59,616 nucleotides of DNA from an uncultured Clostridium sp. GTDB lineage: Bacteria; Bacillota; Clostridia; TANB77; CAG-508. The DNA lies in contig CAOKRJ010000003.1 of NCBI GenBank assembly GCA_948471115.1, positions 1 through 59,616 of the forward strand. The letters run 5' to 3'. A program made the translations under genes and the position numbers. The notes below the pieces were generated by a model. The model was not told the DNA's origin, did no database searches, and was given only the letters and a program-made list of their open reading frames with translations. Position 1 is the first letter of the stretch. Each line of letters starts with the position of its first letter. Positions 19,777-30,103 of the stretch are shown here, in pieces.

Positions 19777-20319
19777 TTAGAAATACCTTGTTAGAATGTT
19801 GTTTTCTTTGAATACTCCTTCTACATAGTATCCTCCTTTTTTTATTAATGGGTATATGATTATTGTTATTATTATATTATATATAACTTCTATTGATAAT
19901 GTTTTTATTAGACTACCAATTTGCTCTATTTGATATGTTAATATCATACTCTGTATTACATATAATCCTATTTCATAAATTACAGTCGCTATTGAGACTA
20001 TTATCATTATCATTAATCTGTTATCTTTCGAAAAATTTTTGTCTATGTATCCCCCAATTAGTCCAATTATCCCTAGCATTAGTGATGATGTTCCTATATT
20101 TCTTCCGATTAATGAGTCTAAAAAAAATCCATATAATATCCCAAAACATAGTCCATATTTTCTTCCTAAAAATAATCCTAAGAATAATGCTAATATTATA
20201 AATATGTTTGGTTTTATTCCTGCTATTGTGAACCAATTGAAAAAGTTTGATTGAAGAAAATATATAATGAAGAATATTAATATTAGTGATATTACTATTA
20301 ACGTTTTTCTTTTTTCCAT
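19777..20319 (-). CDS. mreD: rod shape-determining protein MreD
   Basis: Polytopic membrane protein following mreC. AAGGGGGGAAAT precedes the ATG at 20319; the ORF-track extension to 20358 runs through hairpin copy 3. Confidence 0.8.
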   Translation of the reverse strand: MEKRKTLIVISLILIFFIIYFLQSNFFNWFTIAGIKPNIFIILALFLGLFLGRKYGLCFGILYGFFLDSLIGRNIGTSSLMLGIIGLIGGYIDKNFSKDNRLMIMIIVSIATVIYEIGLYVIQSMILTYQIEQIGSLIKTLSIEVIYNIIITIIIYPLIKKGGYYVEGVFKENNILTRYF

Positions 20320-20347
20320 ATTTCCCCCCTTGTTTATCACTTTTAAT

Positions 20348-20365
20348 GGGCACATCAATGTGCCC
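20348..20365 (-). terminator. GGGGCAC-type hairpin (copy 3, between mreC and mreD)
   Basis: GGGCACATCAATGTGCCC is a perfect palindrome arm pair. Confidence 0.35.
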
Positions 20366-20424
20366 TATTACCATAATTAAATATTTGCTAGTTTATATGA
20401 ATAACTTGTATGTATTCCCTATGT

Positions 20425-21237
20425 TTATTTTATTATTACTAATACTGTTTCTAGTTTGTTGAAGTCTACTGCTGGTTTTATGATTGCATATTTGTCTATT
20501 ACATTTTTTGTATTTTCTACTTTACTTACTGTACCTATCATAATTCCCTTTGGATATATTCCTCCCATTCCTGATGTTTCTATTGTGTCATTCTCTAGTA
20601 TCTCTGCATTTGTAGATATATATGTAGCTTTTAGTGTGTTTGTTGATACAGCTCCTTTACAGATTGCGTTGTCTCCTGTTGATTTAAATATTACACTTAC
20701 TGCACTTGATGGATCTATTATAGTTTGTACTTTTGCTGTATTACTTGTAACTGATACTACATGCCCTACTAATCCTTTGTCTGCTATTACTGCCATATTT
20801 TCTTTTATTCCATCGTTTGCTCCTATATTTATTACAAATGTACTACTATAATTACTGGTGTCTTTGTTTATTATATATGCAGGCGTTGTTGTATATGATG
20901 TGTATTTTTCCGTAAGGTTTAAGTATTCCCTTAGTGTAATGTTTTCTGCTTTTATTACTTCTAATTCTCTTAATTTTTGTTCTAGTTCACTATTCTGTTT
21001 CTTTAGATCTTCATTTTCTGTACTTAGTTTTTCTATATTAGTGAAAAAGCTTGTATTTCCAGATATCTTGTTTTTTAAATATGTGTATCCATTTTGTATT
21101 GGCATAACAATAGTGTTTACAGCATTTCCTAAATAAGATATATCGCTTAATTTAGAGTTTGATAAGATAACTAACAATATTAATATTACTACTGTTATAA
21201 TTATTCCTATTGTTCCACCTTTTTTATTGTTATACAT
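20425..21237 (-). CDS. mreC: rod shape-determining protein MreC
   Basis: N-terminal TM, coiled coil (ENEDLKKQNSELEQKLRELE), C-terminal beta domains, and mreB-mreC-mreD order. Confidence 0.9.
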   Translation of the reverse strand: MYNNKKGGTIGIIITVVILILLVILSNSKLSDISYLGNAVNTIVMPIQNGYTYLKNKISGNTSFFTNIEKLSTENEDLKKQNSELEQKLRELEVIKAENITLREYLNLTEKYTSYTTTPAYIINKDTSNYSSTFVINIGANDGIKENMAVIADKGLVGHVVSVTSNTAKVQTIIDPSSAVSVIFKSTGDNAICKGAVSTNTLKATYISTNAEILENDTIETSGMGGIYPKGIMIGTVSKVENTKNVIDKYAIIKPAVDFNKLETVLVIIK

Positions 21238-21438
21238 ATTTTTATCCTTTCTTTGTTTACATTTTAATTATTATGTTTGTTGTTTTGTTTGCATAATTTT
21301 ATTTATGTTTAATGTTTTTGATTTCTAATTTTTTTCTTTCTACCTTTTTTAAGATTGTTGTATTTATATTAGATTGCTTTACTTTTCTTGTTTTTTTATT
21401 TTACTTTTTAAGTATTATTATTATTTATAATATATGGT

Positions 21439-22485
21439 CTATTTATTCTTTCTTGCATTTATTAGTACTGTTCTTAATTGGTCTATGTCTTCTATTGTTT
21501 TTCCCGTTCCTTTTACTACACATTCTAATGGATTTTCCGCAACAAGTGCTGGCATTCCTGTTTTCATTGCTACTAGTTTGTCCAAATTTTCTATTAGTGC
21601 TCCACCTCCAGCAAGTACTATTCCTTTTTCCATGATATCAGATGCTAATTCTGGTGGTGTCTTTTCTAGTGATGCTTTTATTATTTCTACAATTTCATCT
21701 ATTGATGCTTTCATTGCTATTTGTACTTGTGATGATGTTAATACACAGTTTCCTGGTAGTCCTGTTCCTAGATTTCTACCTATTACTTCAATTGTTTTTT
21801 CGGTCATTAGTGGTAATGCACATCCAATTTCTTTTTTTATTTGTTCTGCTGTTGTTTCTCCAATTAAAATATTATATGTCTTTTTTACATAATCTATAAT
21901 GTCATTATTTAATTCGTCTCCAGCTATTCTTAATGATGCACTGTTTACTATTCCTCCTAATGATATGACTGCAACTTCTGTAGTTCCTCCTCCAATGTCT
22001 ACAACAATACTTCCACTAGGTGCTGCTACATCTATTCCTGCTCCTATTGCTGCTGCCATTGGTTCTTCTATTAGATATACTTCTTTTGCTCCTGCATGCA
22101 TTACTGCTTCTTCTACTGCTCTTTCCTCTACTTCCGTAATCCCTGATGGAACTCCAACTACTACTTTTGGTCTTCCTGCATTATATTTACTAGATACTTT
22201 TACTATTAAATTTTTTAGTAATAGTTGTGTTGCTTTAAAGTCAGCAATTACTCCATCTTTAAGTGGTCTCACAGCCTTTATTTCATCTGGAGTTCTTCCT
22301 AACATTTCTTTTGCTTCTGCACCAGTTGCTAGTATTTCTTCTGTCTTTGAGTTTATTGCTACAACTGATGGCTCATTAAGTACTATTCCTTTACCTTTTA
22401 CTGTTACTAGAATATTGGCTGTTCCTAAGTCTATTCCCATATCTTTTGAACCTAGTTTAAAAAACTCGATTTTTCTATTTTTCAT
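21439..22485 (-). CDS. mreB: actin-like rod shape protein MreB
   Basis: DMGIDLGTANILV phosphate-1 motif and DIGGGTTEVAVISLGG phosphate-2 motif. Confidence 0.95.
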   Translation of the reverse strand: MKNRKIEFFKLGSKDMGIDLGTANILVTVKGKGIVLNEPSVVAINSKTEEILATGAEAKEMLGRTPDEIKAVRPLKDGVIADFKATQLLLKNLIVKVSSKYNAGRPKVVVGVPSGITEVEERAVEEAVMHAGAKEVYLIEEPMAAAIGAGIDVAAPSGSIVVDIGGGTTEVAVISLGGIVNSASLRIAGDELNNDIIDYVKKTYNILIGETTAEQIKKEIGCALPLMTEKTIEVIGRNLGTGLPGNCVLTSSQVQIAMKASIDEIVEIIKASLEKTPPELASDIMEKGIVLAGGGALIENLDKLVAMKTGMPALVAENPLECVVKGTGKTIEDIDQLRTVLINARKNK

Positions 22486-23195
22486 TAATATTCTCTTCTC
22501 CTCCTCTTTTTTTGAAACATTATACTTTCATATTTATTTTTACCTATTATTACATGGTCTAATAAATCTATTCCCATTATACTTGCAGCTTCGAAAATTC
22601 TATCTGTCGCTTGAAAGTCTTGCTCGCTTGGGGTTGGATCACCACTAGGATGATTATGTACTAATATGATTTTAGCAGCTTGCATCTTTACTGCTTCTTC
22701 TAATACTATTTTTGGCTCTAATACTGCATAATCTGTTCCACCTATTGATAAGTCTAGTATTTTCAATATTACATTTTTAGTGTTTAATATAATTACTTTT
22801 GCAATTTCTCTCTTTTCGTTTGACATTTCGCTAATAAAAAGATTTGCAACATCTTCTGTATTTTTTATTTTCTGTTCAGTTGTTTTTATTGGTGTTAACA
22901 TTCTATTTGCTAGCTCTGCTAATGCTAATATCTGTATTGCTTTTACTCTCCCTATTCCTTTTATTGATGTTAGTTCTTTTGTTGTTAAGTCTCTAAGACA
23001 TGTTAAGTTATTTTTTCTCTTTTTGTTATTTAGTGCTAGCACTTTTTGTGCTAGTGTTAATGCTGAGTCTTGTTTTGTACCTGTTTTTATTATTATTGCC
23101 AATAATTCCGCATTAGATAACTTTTTTGCTCCATATATTTCAAGTTTTTCATATGGCTTTTCTGATTCAGGGAGTTCTTTCATTTTTATAGACAT
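22485..23195 (-). CDS. radC: RadC-family JAB-domain protein
   Basis: HhH N-terminus (SNAELLAIIIKTGTK), the JAMM motif HNHPSGDPTPSEQD, and a position upstream of mreB. Confidence 0.9.
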   Translation of the reverse strand: MSIKMKELPESEKPYEKLEIYGAKKLSNAELLAIIIKTGTKQDSALTLAQKVLALNNKKRKNNLTCLRDLTTKELTSIKGIGRVKAIQILALAELANRMLTPIKTTEQKIKNTEDVANLFISEMSNEKREIAKVIILNTKNVILKILDLSIGGTDYAVLEPKIVLEEAVKMQAAKIILVHNHPSGDPTPSEQDFQATDRIFEAASIMGIDLLDHVIIGKNKYESIMFQKKRRRREY

Positions 23196-23307
23196 TTTTG
23201 TTCTTCCTCTCTTTTTATTATTGCTCCCATTTTTTTATATTTTATACTTTGAACTATCCTTCTGGATTATGCAATTCATTAATATAATTTTCCCCATTAT
23301 GTTTGTA

Positions 23308-23565
23308 TTAAAATTTTCTGTATAAAAATATTGCTATTGCAAGTCCTATTATGCTTGCTATGTTTATTTTGAAACTTAGTGCAAATGTTAATACTACTAC
23401 TCCCATATCTAATGTTAATGGTGATGTTAATCCAAATGTGTTTCCATATCCAAACCACCAAAGTGCATCTACCTTAGATACTAGTTCTCCAATTAAACTT
23501 CCTAATACTATTCCACATAATATGAATATTATGAGTATCCATACATTTTTTTCTTTTGCTGCCAT
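23308..23565 (-). CDS. DUF4321-like small membrane protein
   Basis: Starts MAAKEKNVWILIIFILCGIVLGSLIGE and has two TM segments. GAAGAGG precedes the ATG at 23565. Confidence 0.6.
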   Translation of the reverse strand: MAAKEKNVWILIIFILCGIVLGSLIGELVSKVDALWWFGYGNTFGLTSPLTLDMGVVVLTFALSFKINIASIIGLAIAIFLYRKF

Positions 23566-23776
23566 TTTTATACCTCTTCTCTTTTTCCACATTTTGTCAT
23601 TTTCTCTTACGGATTTCTATATTAACAGTTAGTCTATATTATTATATCCCCTTACTTACAATTTTTCAATAGGGTTTGGGGAATTTTCCATATTTTGTGC
23701 CTTTATTTTTTTTCTTTTAAGTATTATAATTATATTATAGATTGTTTACATAATTTTAGAAGGGACTGCTTTTTTT

Positions 23777-24353
23777 ATGGAGATTAAAAAATTACGTGAA
23801 GATAAATTTGAGGTTGTTTTACATATGGATGATTTAGATAAATTTAATATTACCTTATCTCAGTTTTTGTCATCAAAAATTGAAGAACTCGATTTTTTTT
23901 CTATTATACTTAATAATATTGATAAGATTTCTGATATTTCTATTAAAAGTAAAAAAGTTATTTTTGAAACCTTTTTTGTTGATGATTCTTATTTTTTGAT
24001 AGAACTATATATTGTTGGTTTTCTTTCTTCTGATGGTGTTTTTATGCCTAAGATTGGAAAAAGCTTTTCTGTTTCTGATAGAGTTCCTCTTGTCTTTCGG
24101 ATTTCCTTGTTTCGATACAATGTGCGACTTCTGCAATTATCTTTCTAGTTTTGATAAGCAAAATCATTTATTGGGTTTTATCGATTTCTTTATGTATAAA
24201 GATATGTACTTTATGATTGTAAATCAGAAAATTTTTTCCTCAGATGTATTTAATTTTGCTTGCTTACTGTTCTCTGAATTTGCAGAGTTCGTTTCTTGTT
24301 CTAATATTTTGGTAAGTAAAATAGAGGAACTTGGTATTAATATTAATATTTAA
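23777..24353 (+). pseudogene. mecA: MecA-like adaptor protein, split by a frameshift near 24095-24105
   Basis: ORF 23777..24148 starts MEIKKLREDKFEVVLHMDDL, like MecA MEIERINEHTVKF. ORF 24012..24353, in another frame, supplies FPCFDTMCDFCNYL...FMYKDMYFMIV...LLFSEFAEFV...IEELG, resembling the MecA C-domain. Confidence 0.5.
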
Positions 24354-24368
24354 TATTTATATATAATT

Positions 24369-24390
24369 CGGGACACATATTTGTGCCCCG
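24369..24390 (-). terminator. GGGGCAC-type hairpin (copy 4, between convergent mecA-like and SASP genes)
   Basis: On the minus strand, CGGGGCACA-aaua-UGUGUCCCG forms 9 bp with one G-U. On the plus strand that position is A-C. Confidence 0.5.
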
Positions 24391-24403
24391 ACCTTTTATT
24401 CTA

Positions 24404-24571
24404 TTATTTTGTCTCTCTGTTTGCAATTTCTATAGCTTTTGTTACGATATTTCCACATGTCTTAGAAGATACATTTCCCCATCCGCCTTCTTTTTTTACT
24501 TCATCATATACTCCTAATTCTTTTGCTATTTCTTCTTTTAATTTATCTGACATTATTCCTTTTCTAGACAT
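24404..24571 (-). CDS. ssp: alpha/beta-type small acid-soluble spore protein (55 aa)
   Basis: Not in the ORF track. AGGAGAA lies 7 nt before the ATG at 24571. Translation is MSRKGIMSDKLKEEIAKELGVYDEVKKEGGWGNVSSKTCGNIVTKAIEIANRETK, with the K.EIA.ELGV and S.K.CG motifs. Confidence 0.75.
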   Translation of the reverse strand: MSRKGIMSDKLKEEIAKELGVYDEVKKEGGWGNVSSKTCGNIVTKAIEIANRETK

Positions 24572-24604
24572 ATTATTTTTCTCCTAACGAGAAGATATTT
24601 AAAT

Positions 24605-24634
24605 TATATAGTTGTTAATTACTTTTTCTTATTC
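24605..24634 (-). promoter_or_regulatory. candidate forespore (sigma-G-like) promoter of the SASP gene
   Basis: Minus strand reads GAATA, 18 nt, CTATATA, about 30 nt upstream of the RBS. Resembles GHATR-N17/18-CATNNTA with one deviation. Confidence 0.3.
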
Positions 24635-24817
24635 ATATCTTTTATATTATATATTGATACATTTCTATGTTAATTTCTTTTTGTATTTCATTGTTATATT
24701 TTTTTTTAACTATCTTACTTTTTTATAATTTATTTTTTTCTTCTCAGTATTATTATGTCTTTTATTTTTCTTTTTATTCATTTTTTTATGTTTTATTTTG
24801 GGGAACGTAAATAAAAA

Positions 24818-24917
24818 TACGAATTTTAAAAATTGCTGAGCGGTGGAATCCGCAAAGCAATTCTAATAATCCGCATAATTATCTAGTACAGAAAGTTATG
24901 CCACTGGCATAACTTTC
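24818..24917 (-). terminator. Double hairpin terminating sleB-ypeB
   Basis: A perfect 12-bp stem GAAAGTTATGCC / GGCATAACTTTC lies at 24891-24917. A second stem AATTGCT...AGCAATT (24831-24862, with inner GCGG/CCGC) is followed by UUUAAAAUU on the minus strand. Confidence 0.6.
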
Positions 24918-24958
24918 CTGCTATATAAAAAACAGTATAAGTTTGTCTCATTTCCCAA

Positions 24959-26314
24959 CTATGTTGTTAATGTTCCATTTGGTGTATTAATAATAACTAA
25001 TATGTCTTCTTCTTTTCCTGTTTCTGCATTTATATATACTAAAAATTCATTGTCTTTTACTTTTCCTTGAAATTCCCAACAATATATTTCTGTATCATAT
25101 TCTGTTGGTATTATCGCTAGTCTTTCACTTGTGATTTCTAAGTTTTTGTTAATCTTCTCTCTTGCTTCTTCAACGCTTATTGTGTTTTTACTTAAGTCTC
25201 TAGTTGTATGGCAATTTAGATATCCTGTTGATTCAAATCCTAGTATTTCCCCGTCATCTAATGCTATTTTTATTTTTATTAAATCTGGATAACATATTAC
25301 TTCATTTTGCTGATATGCATAGTTTATTGTTACTATTCCTTGTGTAGTTAAATAATATGTTTCTTTCATGCTTGTATAGCCTCTTTCTTCTAAAAATTTT
25401 AAGGCTTTTTCGTTTGCTTCTTCTTTTGATATTATCTCGTTTTCAACTTCTCTATTATAATTTAAATATACTACATGTCCACCTTTTTTCGCTACTGATA
25501 TATCCATCTCGTTTTCTGTACTATTTTTAACATGAAAATCATATGATGGTATATTTCCGTTTTCTGAGAATCCATTTAAGTTTATTTCTTTTATTTTATT
25601 TTCTCCTATGAATTTTTTTGCTATTTCTTTTGCTGTTTCTTCATCTATTTCATCTCCTGTTAATCCCTTTCTTTCTCTACTTGTCATATGCTCTGAAAAT
25701 GCTCCATCATATATTAATCCTGTATAATCGTCAAATGTTCCTTCTATCGTATCAAAGCTGTCTTGAGATATGTTGCTAACTTGTTGCGCTAATTCTGTTC
25801 CCTTTTTTCCTGTTAATTCTTTCCAACTTATTGTTCCATTGTTTAATTCTTCTGATAATTCATTTACGGCATTTTTAAGTTGTATACTATATTCATGCAT
25901 TTTCGACAGATTGTCTAATTCTTCTTGGGATAATTCTTCATTGTTTATATTTTTTCTTGATAATGCATAACTATAGTCGCTTACTTGGTTTAAAAACTTT
26001 GATGCATTTGATAGTCCTTCTGTGCTAACAGGTATTTGTGATAGATACGTTTCTGCTAGGTTTGCCTCTCTCCATACATATGTTAATGTTTCTGCTCCAT
26101 GTTCAGCAGATGTAGATATTGCCGATTTTGCTAAATATGTCTCCATACTGTCTATATAGTTAATAAATTCGTAGAATGAGTAATTATATGAGTTTTCCAT
26201 TGCTAATTCGTATTTTTCATTATTATTGTATAGCATTACTCCTAAAACCACTGCTGCAATTAGTATCGCTAATACTACAATTGTAGCACCGTATTCTTTT
26301 AACCAATTTTTCAT
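24959..26314 (-). CDS. ypeB: germination protein YpeB
   Basis: N-terminal TM, YpeB N-domain (NSYNYSFYEFINYIDSMETYLAKS), C-terminal PepSY repeats, and a position downstream of sleB. Confidence 0.85.
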   Translation of the reverse strand: MKNWLKEYGATIVVLAILIAAVVLGVMLYNNNEKYELAMENSYNYSFYEFINYIDSMETYLAKSAISTSAEHGAETLTYVWREANLAETYLSQIPVSTEGLSNASKFLNQVSDYSYALSRKNINNEELSQEELDNLSKMHEYSIQLKNAVNELSEELNNGTISWKELTGKKGTELAQQVSNISQDSFDTIEGTFDDYTGLIYDGAFSEHMTSRERKGLTGDEIDEETAKEIAKKFIGENKIKEINLNGFSENGNIPSYDFHVKNSTENEMDISVAKKGGHVVYLNYNREVENEIISKEEANEKALKFLEERGYTSMKETYYLTTQGIVTINYAYQQNEVICYPDLIKIKIALDDGEILGFESTGYLNCHTTRDLSKNTISVEEAREKINKNLEITSERLAIIPTEYDTEIYCWEFQGKVKDNEFLVYINAETGKEEDILVIINTPNGTLTT

Positions 26315-26436
26315 TTTTTATTTTTCCTTTCTGTTTTTGGATTTTTATCCAATTTTTTATATTTTAATTTTCTTTACGTTATTTTGCTGATGTTTACAAA
26401 TCATTTTTCTGAACAAATGGCAATTGTGTATACTTC

Positions 26437-26904
26437 TTATTTGCAAAATTTGTGTTTTCCTATGGTTGTGATTTCTTGTCTTGACCATATCCAACTATTT
26501 GTTGCTGTATTTGGATTAAAATAGTATATTGCTCCATGTGTAGGATCCCATCCATTTAGTGCATCTTGTGCTGCTTTTACTACTGTTGAACTTTCATCTA
26601 TTGGCACATTTATTTGCCCATCTGATACTGCTGTAAATGCTCCTTTTTCATATATTACTCCCGCTATTGTGTTTGGAAAGTTTGAACTACTTACTCTATT
26701 TAAAATAACTGCTCCAACTGCTACTTGTCCTTCATATGGTTCTCCTCTTGCTTCTCCATTTATTGCTCTTGCCATTAATTGTAAGTCTGAGGTTGACCCT
26801 GATTTTGAAGCTCCATATGTGCTATTTGAATTTTTTATTAATTTTACATTTATTAATATTAATAAAATTAATAAGAATGTTGTAATTATTATTTTCCTTT
26901 TCAT
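26437..26904 (-). CDS. sleB: spore cortex-lytic enzyme SleB-type (Hydrolase_2 domain)
   Basis: LMARAINGEARGEPYEGQVAVGAVILNRV, then FPNTIAGVIY...FTAV. Confidence 0.85.
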   Translation of the reverse strand: MKRKIIITTFLLILLILINVKLIKNSNSTYGASKSGSTSDLQLMARAINGEARGEPYEGQVAVGAVILNRVSSSNFPNTIAGVIYEKGAFTAVSDGQINVPIDESSTVVKAAQDALNGWDPTHGAIYYFNPNTATNSWIWSRQEITTIGKHKFCK

Positions 26905-26994
26905 ATTTCCCTCTCTTTTTTTGTTTTTTATTTTTATTTTGTCTATTTTTTCATATTTTATACATTTTTTTATTTATTAGTGAGAATCTGGTGT

Positions 26995-27022
26995 TTGCAT
27001 GAATGATTTTATTCTATATAAT
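26995..27022 (+). promoter_or_regulatory. candidate sigma-A promoter of an ORF-less plus-strand transcript
   Basis: TTGCAT (26995-27000), 16 nt, TATAAT (27017-27022). AT-rich context, so chance matches are possible. Confidence 0.3.
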
Positions 27023-27171
27023 TAATTTTCCAAAATTGATTATTTACTTTTATATTGTGGATGAAATAATTAAATATAAATTTGAATTTTTGAGTTGGAA
27101 TTAATCATGCAAGTACTGACTTTTACACATTTTTTTACGTTCGAATATTCATAGACAAATAGCAAAAGGAA

Positions 27172-27209
27172 AAGACTAGGTTCACTTTGAAGTGAACTTA
27201 GTCTTTTTT
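27172..27209 (+). terminator. Strong orphan rho-independent terminator (plus strand)
   Basis: 16-bp stem AAGACTAGGTTCACTT / AAGTGAACTTAGTCTT followed by a T-run. Its single non-Watson-Crick position is G-U on plus and A-C on minus. Confidence 0.6.
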
Positions 27210-27665
27210 ATATTTCTTAACAAAAACTTAACATATTAACATCTCTATTATTGTAGAATTTTTTATTTTATATAAGGTTTAATATGTTTGCAAAAATTAT
27301 TGTAAGATTCATGAAAATAAACATTTTCTTAAACATCAATTATATAACTTATTGTTTGGACATTTCCTTCTAAATCAGACACTTTTCTATCAATATTACT
27401 TGCAATTTCTTCATATTACATCAATTTTGATATTTTATAATATTGATTTTCTGCAATAGTATTTAATCTTTCCATGTGTTTTTAATTACTTTTTCAGTAT
27501 ATCTATCTTTTTCTGATTTTAATGCTCCTATTATTTCTCCATAGTATTTTTCTCTTTCTTCATAAGATAGTGCATTTAATTTTTCCACTTCTTTTCTGGA
27601 TTAGACATTATACTATCTAAATCTATTTTCATAACATATTCAATACAATTATGTATGAATTAATA

Positions 27666-28793
27666 TTAATCAAATAATATACTACATATTTCTCTTGTAG
27701 AGTTATGTTTTATATATTTATTTACATTGTTCTTTAGTTTATTCATTATTTCTTTATTATTAATGACCTTAAATATTACACCTACTGGATTATCGTCTTC
27801 TTTTATCCAATATGCTAATCCTGATTTTTCTAAAAATTCTGCGTTTTGTTCTTCTTGTCCTGGAATAGGATTTATAACAATCATTGGTAATCCACATACA
27901 AGGCATTCTGATGTTGTTAGTCCTCCTGGTTTAGATATTACAATATTAGATATATGCATTAATTCAGGAACTTTATCTGTGAATTCTAAAACTTTTATAT
28001 CGTTCTTTCGGTAGTATTTAGATACTGTATGCCTAAATGCATCAAACGTCTTTTTATTTTTGCCAGATATAGCAATGACTTGAACATTATCCATGTATCT
28101 AGCAATATCTTCTAAAATTTTATATGTGTTTTTCTTTCCTAATCCGAATCTCCCTCCTGCAAAAAACAGAATAGTAAATTTGTCTTTTGATAGACCATTT
28201 TCTTTTAATAAGGCTTCTTTATCATATTCCAAGAAAAAACGATTAGATAATGGGATACCTGTATCAAATACTTTTTCGCTAGATATTCCTTTTTTTATAA
28301 GTGTATTTTTCATAGCTTCATGAGCAACAAAGTAATAATTTATATATTCAGAACCTACTAGCCATTGATCATGTGGTGCAAAATCTGTCATTATAGTGGC
28401 AAGTTTTATTCTTGGTAATTTTTTTTTTTTCTTTAAATATGCACACATTTGCGATGAAAATGGATGTGTGGAAATTATATAGTCTGGTTTGTGTTTCTTT
28501 ATTAAAAAGTGTAGCTTAATTGCTAAAAGCTTATTTGAGTCTATACTGAAACGAGCTAATGCACCCTTTTCTGATTTCATATATACTGTTCCCCAAAGAT
28601 TAGGTGCTTTTTTCGCCATTTCCTCATAAGCTGTAGTAGTTAGTTTATCTATGGTTACATTTAAATAATTCATGAAGTCTATTGCAATTGGCTCAATGTC
28701 AGGATAAAATTTTTCTATACATTCTTTAATAGAATTAGCTGCACTTATATGTCCTCCTCCATAGCATGCATAAAAAATTAGGGCTTTTTTCAT
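27666..28793 (-). CDS. ugtP: processive diacylglycerol glucosyltransferase (MGDG_synth + GT28 C-domain)
   Basis: MKKALIFYACYGGGHISAANSI, HKPDYIISTHPF, IMTDFAPHDQW and GIPLSNRF line up with B. subtilis UgtP motifs. Confidence 0.85.
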   Translation of the reverse strand: MKKALIFYACYGGGHISAANSIKECIEKFYPDIEPIAIDFMNYLNVTIDKLTTTAYEEMAKKAPNLWGTVYMKSEKGALARFSIDSNKLLAIKLHFLIKKHKPDYIISTHPFSSQMCAYLKKKKKLPRIKLATIMTDFAPHDQWLVGSEYINYYFVAHEAMKNTLIKKGISSEKVFDTGIPLSNRFFLEYDKEALLKENGLSKDKFTILFFAGGRFGLGKKNTYKILEDIARYMDNVQVIAISGKNKKTFDAFRHTVSKYYRKNDIKVLEFTDKVPELMHISNIVISKPGGLTTSECLVCGLPMIVINPIPGQEEQNAEFLEKSGLAYWIKEDDNPVGVIFKVINNKEIMNKLKNNVNKYIKHNSTREICSILFD

Positions 28794-29000
28794 CTATTTC
28801 ATTTCCCTTCTTTATAATTTATATTACAATTATACTACTAAATTTCTTTTAATACAATGCAAAGTTCAATTAGTTATAGTTGATATAGCACTTTTAATTA
28901 TTTATATCATTAATAAACTACATAACAAATAAAAAAGATCAAAGATTTTCCTTTAATTTGTTCTCGCCCGTTTTGAGTTTTCGACTATAAGGAGAAAATC

Positions 29001-29024
29001 CCCTCATAGTTACGGCTATGAGGG
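29001..29024 (-). terminator. Hairpin after the M23 peptidase gene
   Basis: CCCTCATAG-N6-CTATGAGGG. The T-run is better on the plus strand (TTTTTATTT) than on the minus strand (GAUUUUCUCC). Confidence 0.5.
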
Positions 29025-29116
29025 TTTTTATTTGTTCTGTTTTTTTTTATTTTTTTGTTATCACATTGTGGCATAATATTAGTATATTATCAATAATAAA
29101 ATTTTATTCATAATTT

Positions 29117-30103
29117 TTATAGATATATCTCTGGATTGTATGTTACTCCGTTTACTCTTATTTCAAAATGACAGTGTGGTCCTGTTGAACGTCCTGTATT
29201 TCCTGATTTTGCTATTATATCTCCTGCTGATACCGTTTGTCCTACTGAACATCTTAATGCACTATTGTGTCCATAGTATGTTTGTACTCCGTTTCCATGT
29301 GATATTATTACTAAATATCCATATCCTCCTGAATTCCATCCTGAGTATGTTACTGTTCCTGGTGCTGATGCATATATGTCTGTTCCTACTGGAACTGCAA
29401 AATCTATTCCTCCATGTAGTCTCCCCCATCTTCTTCCATATCTTGATGATATACGAGGTGAAGCTACTGGATATCTGAAGGACTTTCCTATGTTTGGTCC
29501 TTTTGATGAACCTGCTGTTGGCTTACTAGTATTTTTTGATGAAATTGTAACTTTACTTGTTACTTTCTTTTGTTGATATAAGGCTGCTATTGCTTCTTCT
29601 GTTTGTTTCAATTCTCCTAATTCTACATCATATTTCTCTAATATTGTTAAGTTGTCTGCATTTGAACTGTTTTTTTGCTTTAATTCATTTACTGCTGCTT
29701 CTGCCTCTTGGAATGTTGATACATTTAGTTGTTCTTCATTGTTTACTGCTATTGCATAGTATTTATAATATACTTTTCCTGTTTCTTTTACCTTGTTGTA
29801 TATTTCTTCGTCATTTGGCACTATGTCTTTTTTTAGCAAACATAATTCATATGTCGGCATATTGTCTACCTGTGCAAATGCAACGTTTTCTCCATTTCCG
29901 TCTCCTTCATGTAAATATTTATCTATTCTTGCTTGTAACTTTTGTTTATCTTCACTGTAACCTACAAATTCTCCATTTAAGTGCACTTCATATATTGGCT
30001 TGTATAAAAATATTACTATTCCTATTATTAATATTGCTGCTATTATGAAAATAGTTATAAATTTTACTGATGCTCTGACTGCTACCAGTGCCTTTCTTAT
30101 CAT
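29117..30103 (-). CDS. M23-family peptidoglycan metalloendopeptidase, membrane anchored
   Basis: N-terminal [18 protein letters not shown] motif, and [19 protein letters not shown] motif. Confidence 0.9.
   Translation of the reverse strand: MIRKALVAVRASVKFITIFIIAAILIIGIVIFLYKPIYEVHLNGEFVGYSEDKQKLQARIDKYLHEGDGNGENVAFAQVDNMPTYELCLLKKDIVPNDEEIYNKVKETGKVYYKYYAIAVNNEEQLNVSTFQEAEAAVNELKQKNSSNADNLTILEKYDVELGELKQTEEAIAALYQQKKVTSKVTISSKNTSKPTAGSSKGPNIGKSFRYPVASPRISSRYGRRWGRLHGGIDFAVPVGTDIYASAPGTVTYSGWNSGGYGYLVIISHGNGVQTYYGHNSALRCSVGQTVSAGDIIAKSGNTGRSTGPHCHFEIRVNGVTYNPEIYL

Noticed and set aside
27210-27660. A possible gene on the minus strand between ugtP and the orphan terminator. Fragments include MKIDLDSIMSNPEKK... 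and EVEKLNALSYEEREKYYGEIIGALKSEKDRYTEKVIKNTWKD.
   Set aside because: Only short pieces in three frames, separated by stops, with no identifiable family. Recorded as coding debris rather than a feature.
28920-29000. A riboswitch-like leader upstream of ugtP (GAUUUUCUCCUU...AAGGAAAAUC helix plus U-run).
   Set aside because: I could not match it to any known riboswitch core. It overlaps the terminator region of the upstream M23 gene, and one AT-rich helix is weak evidence.
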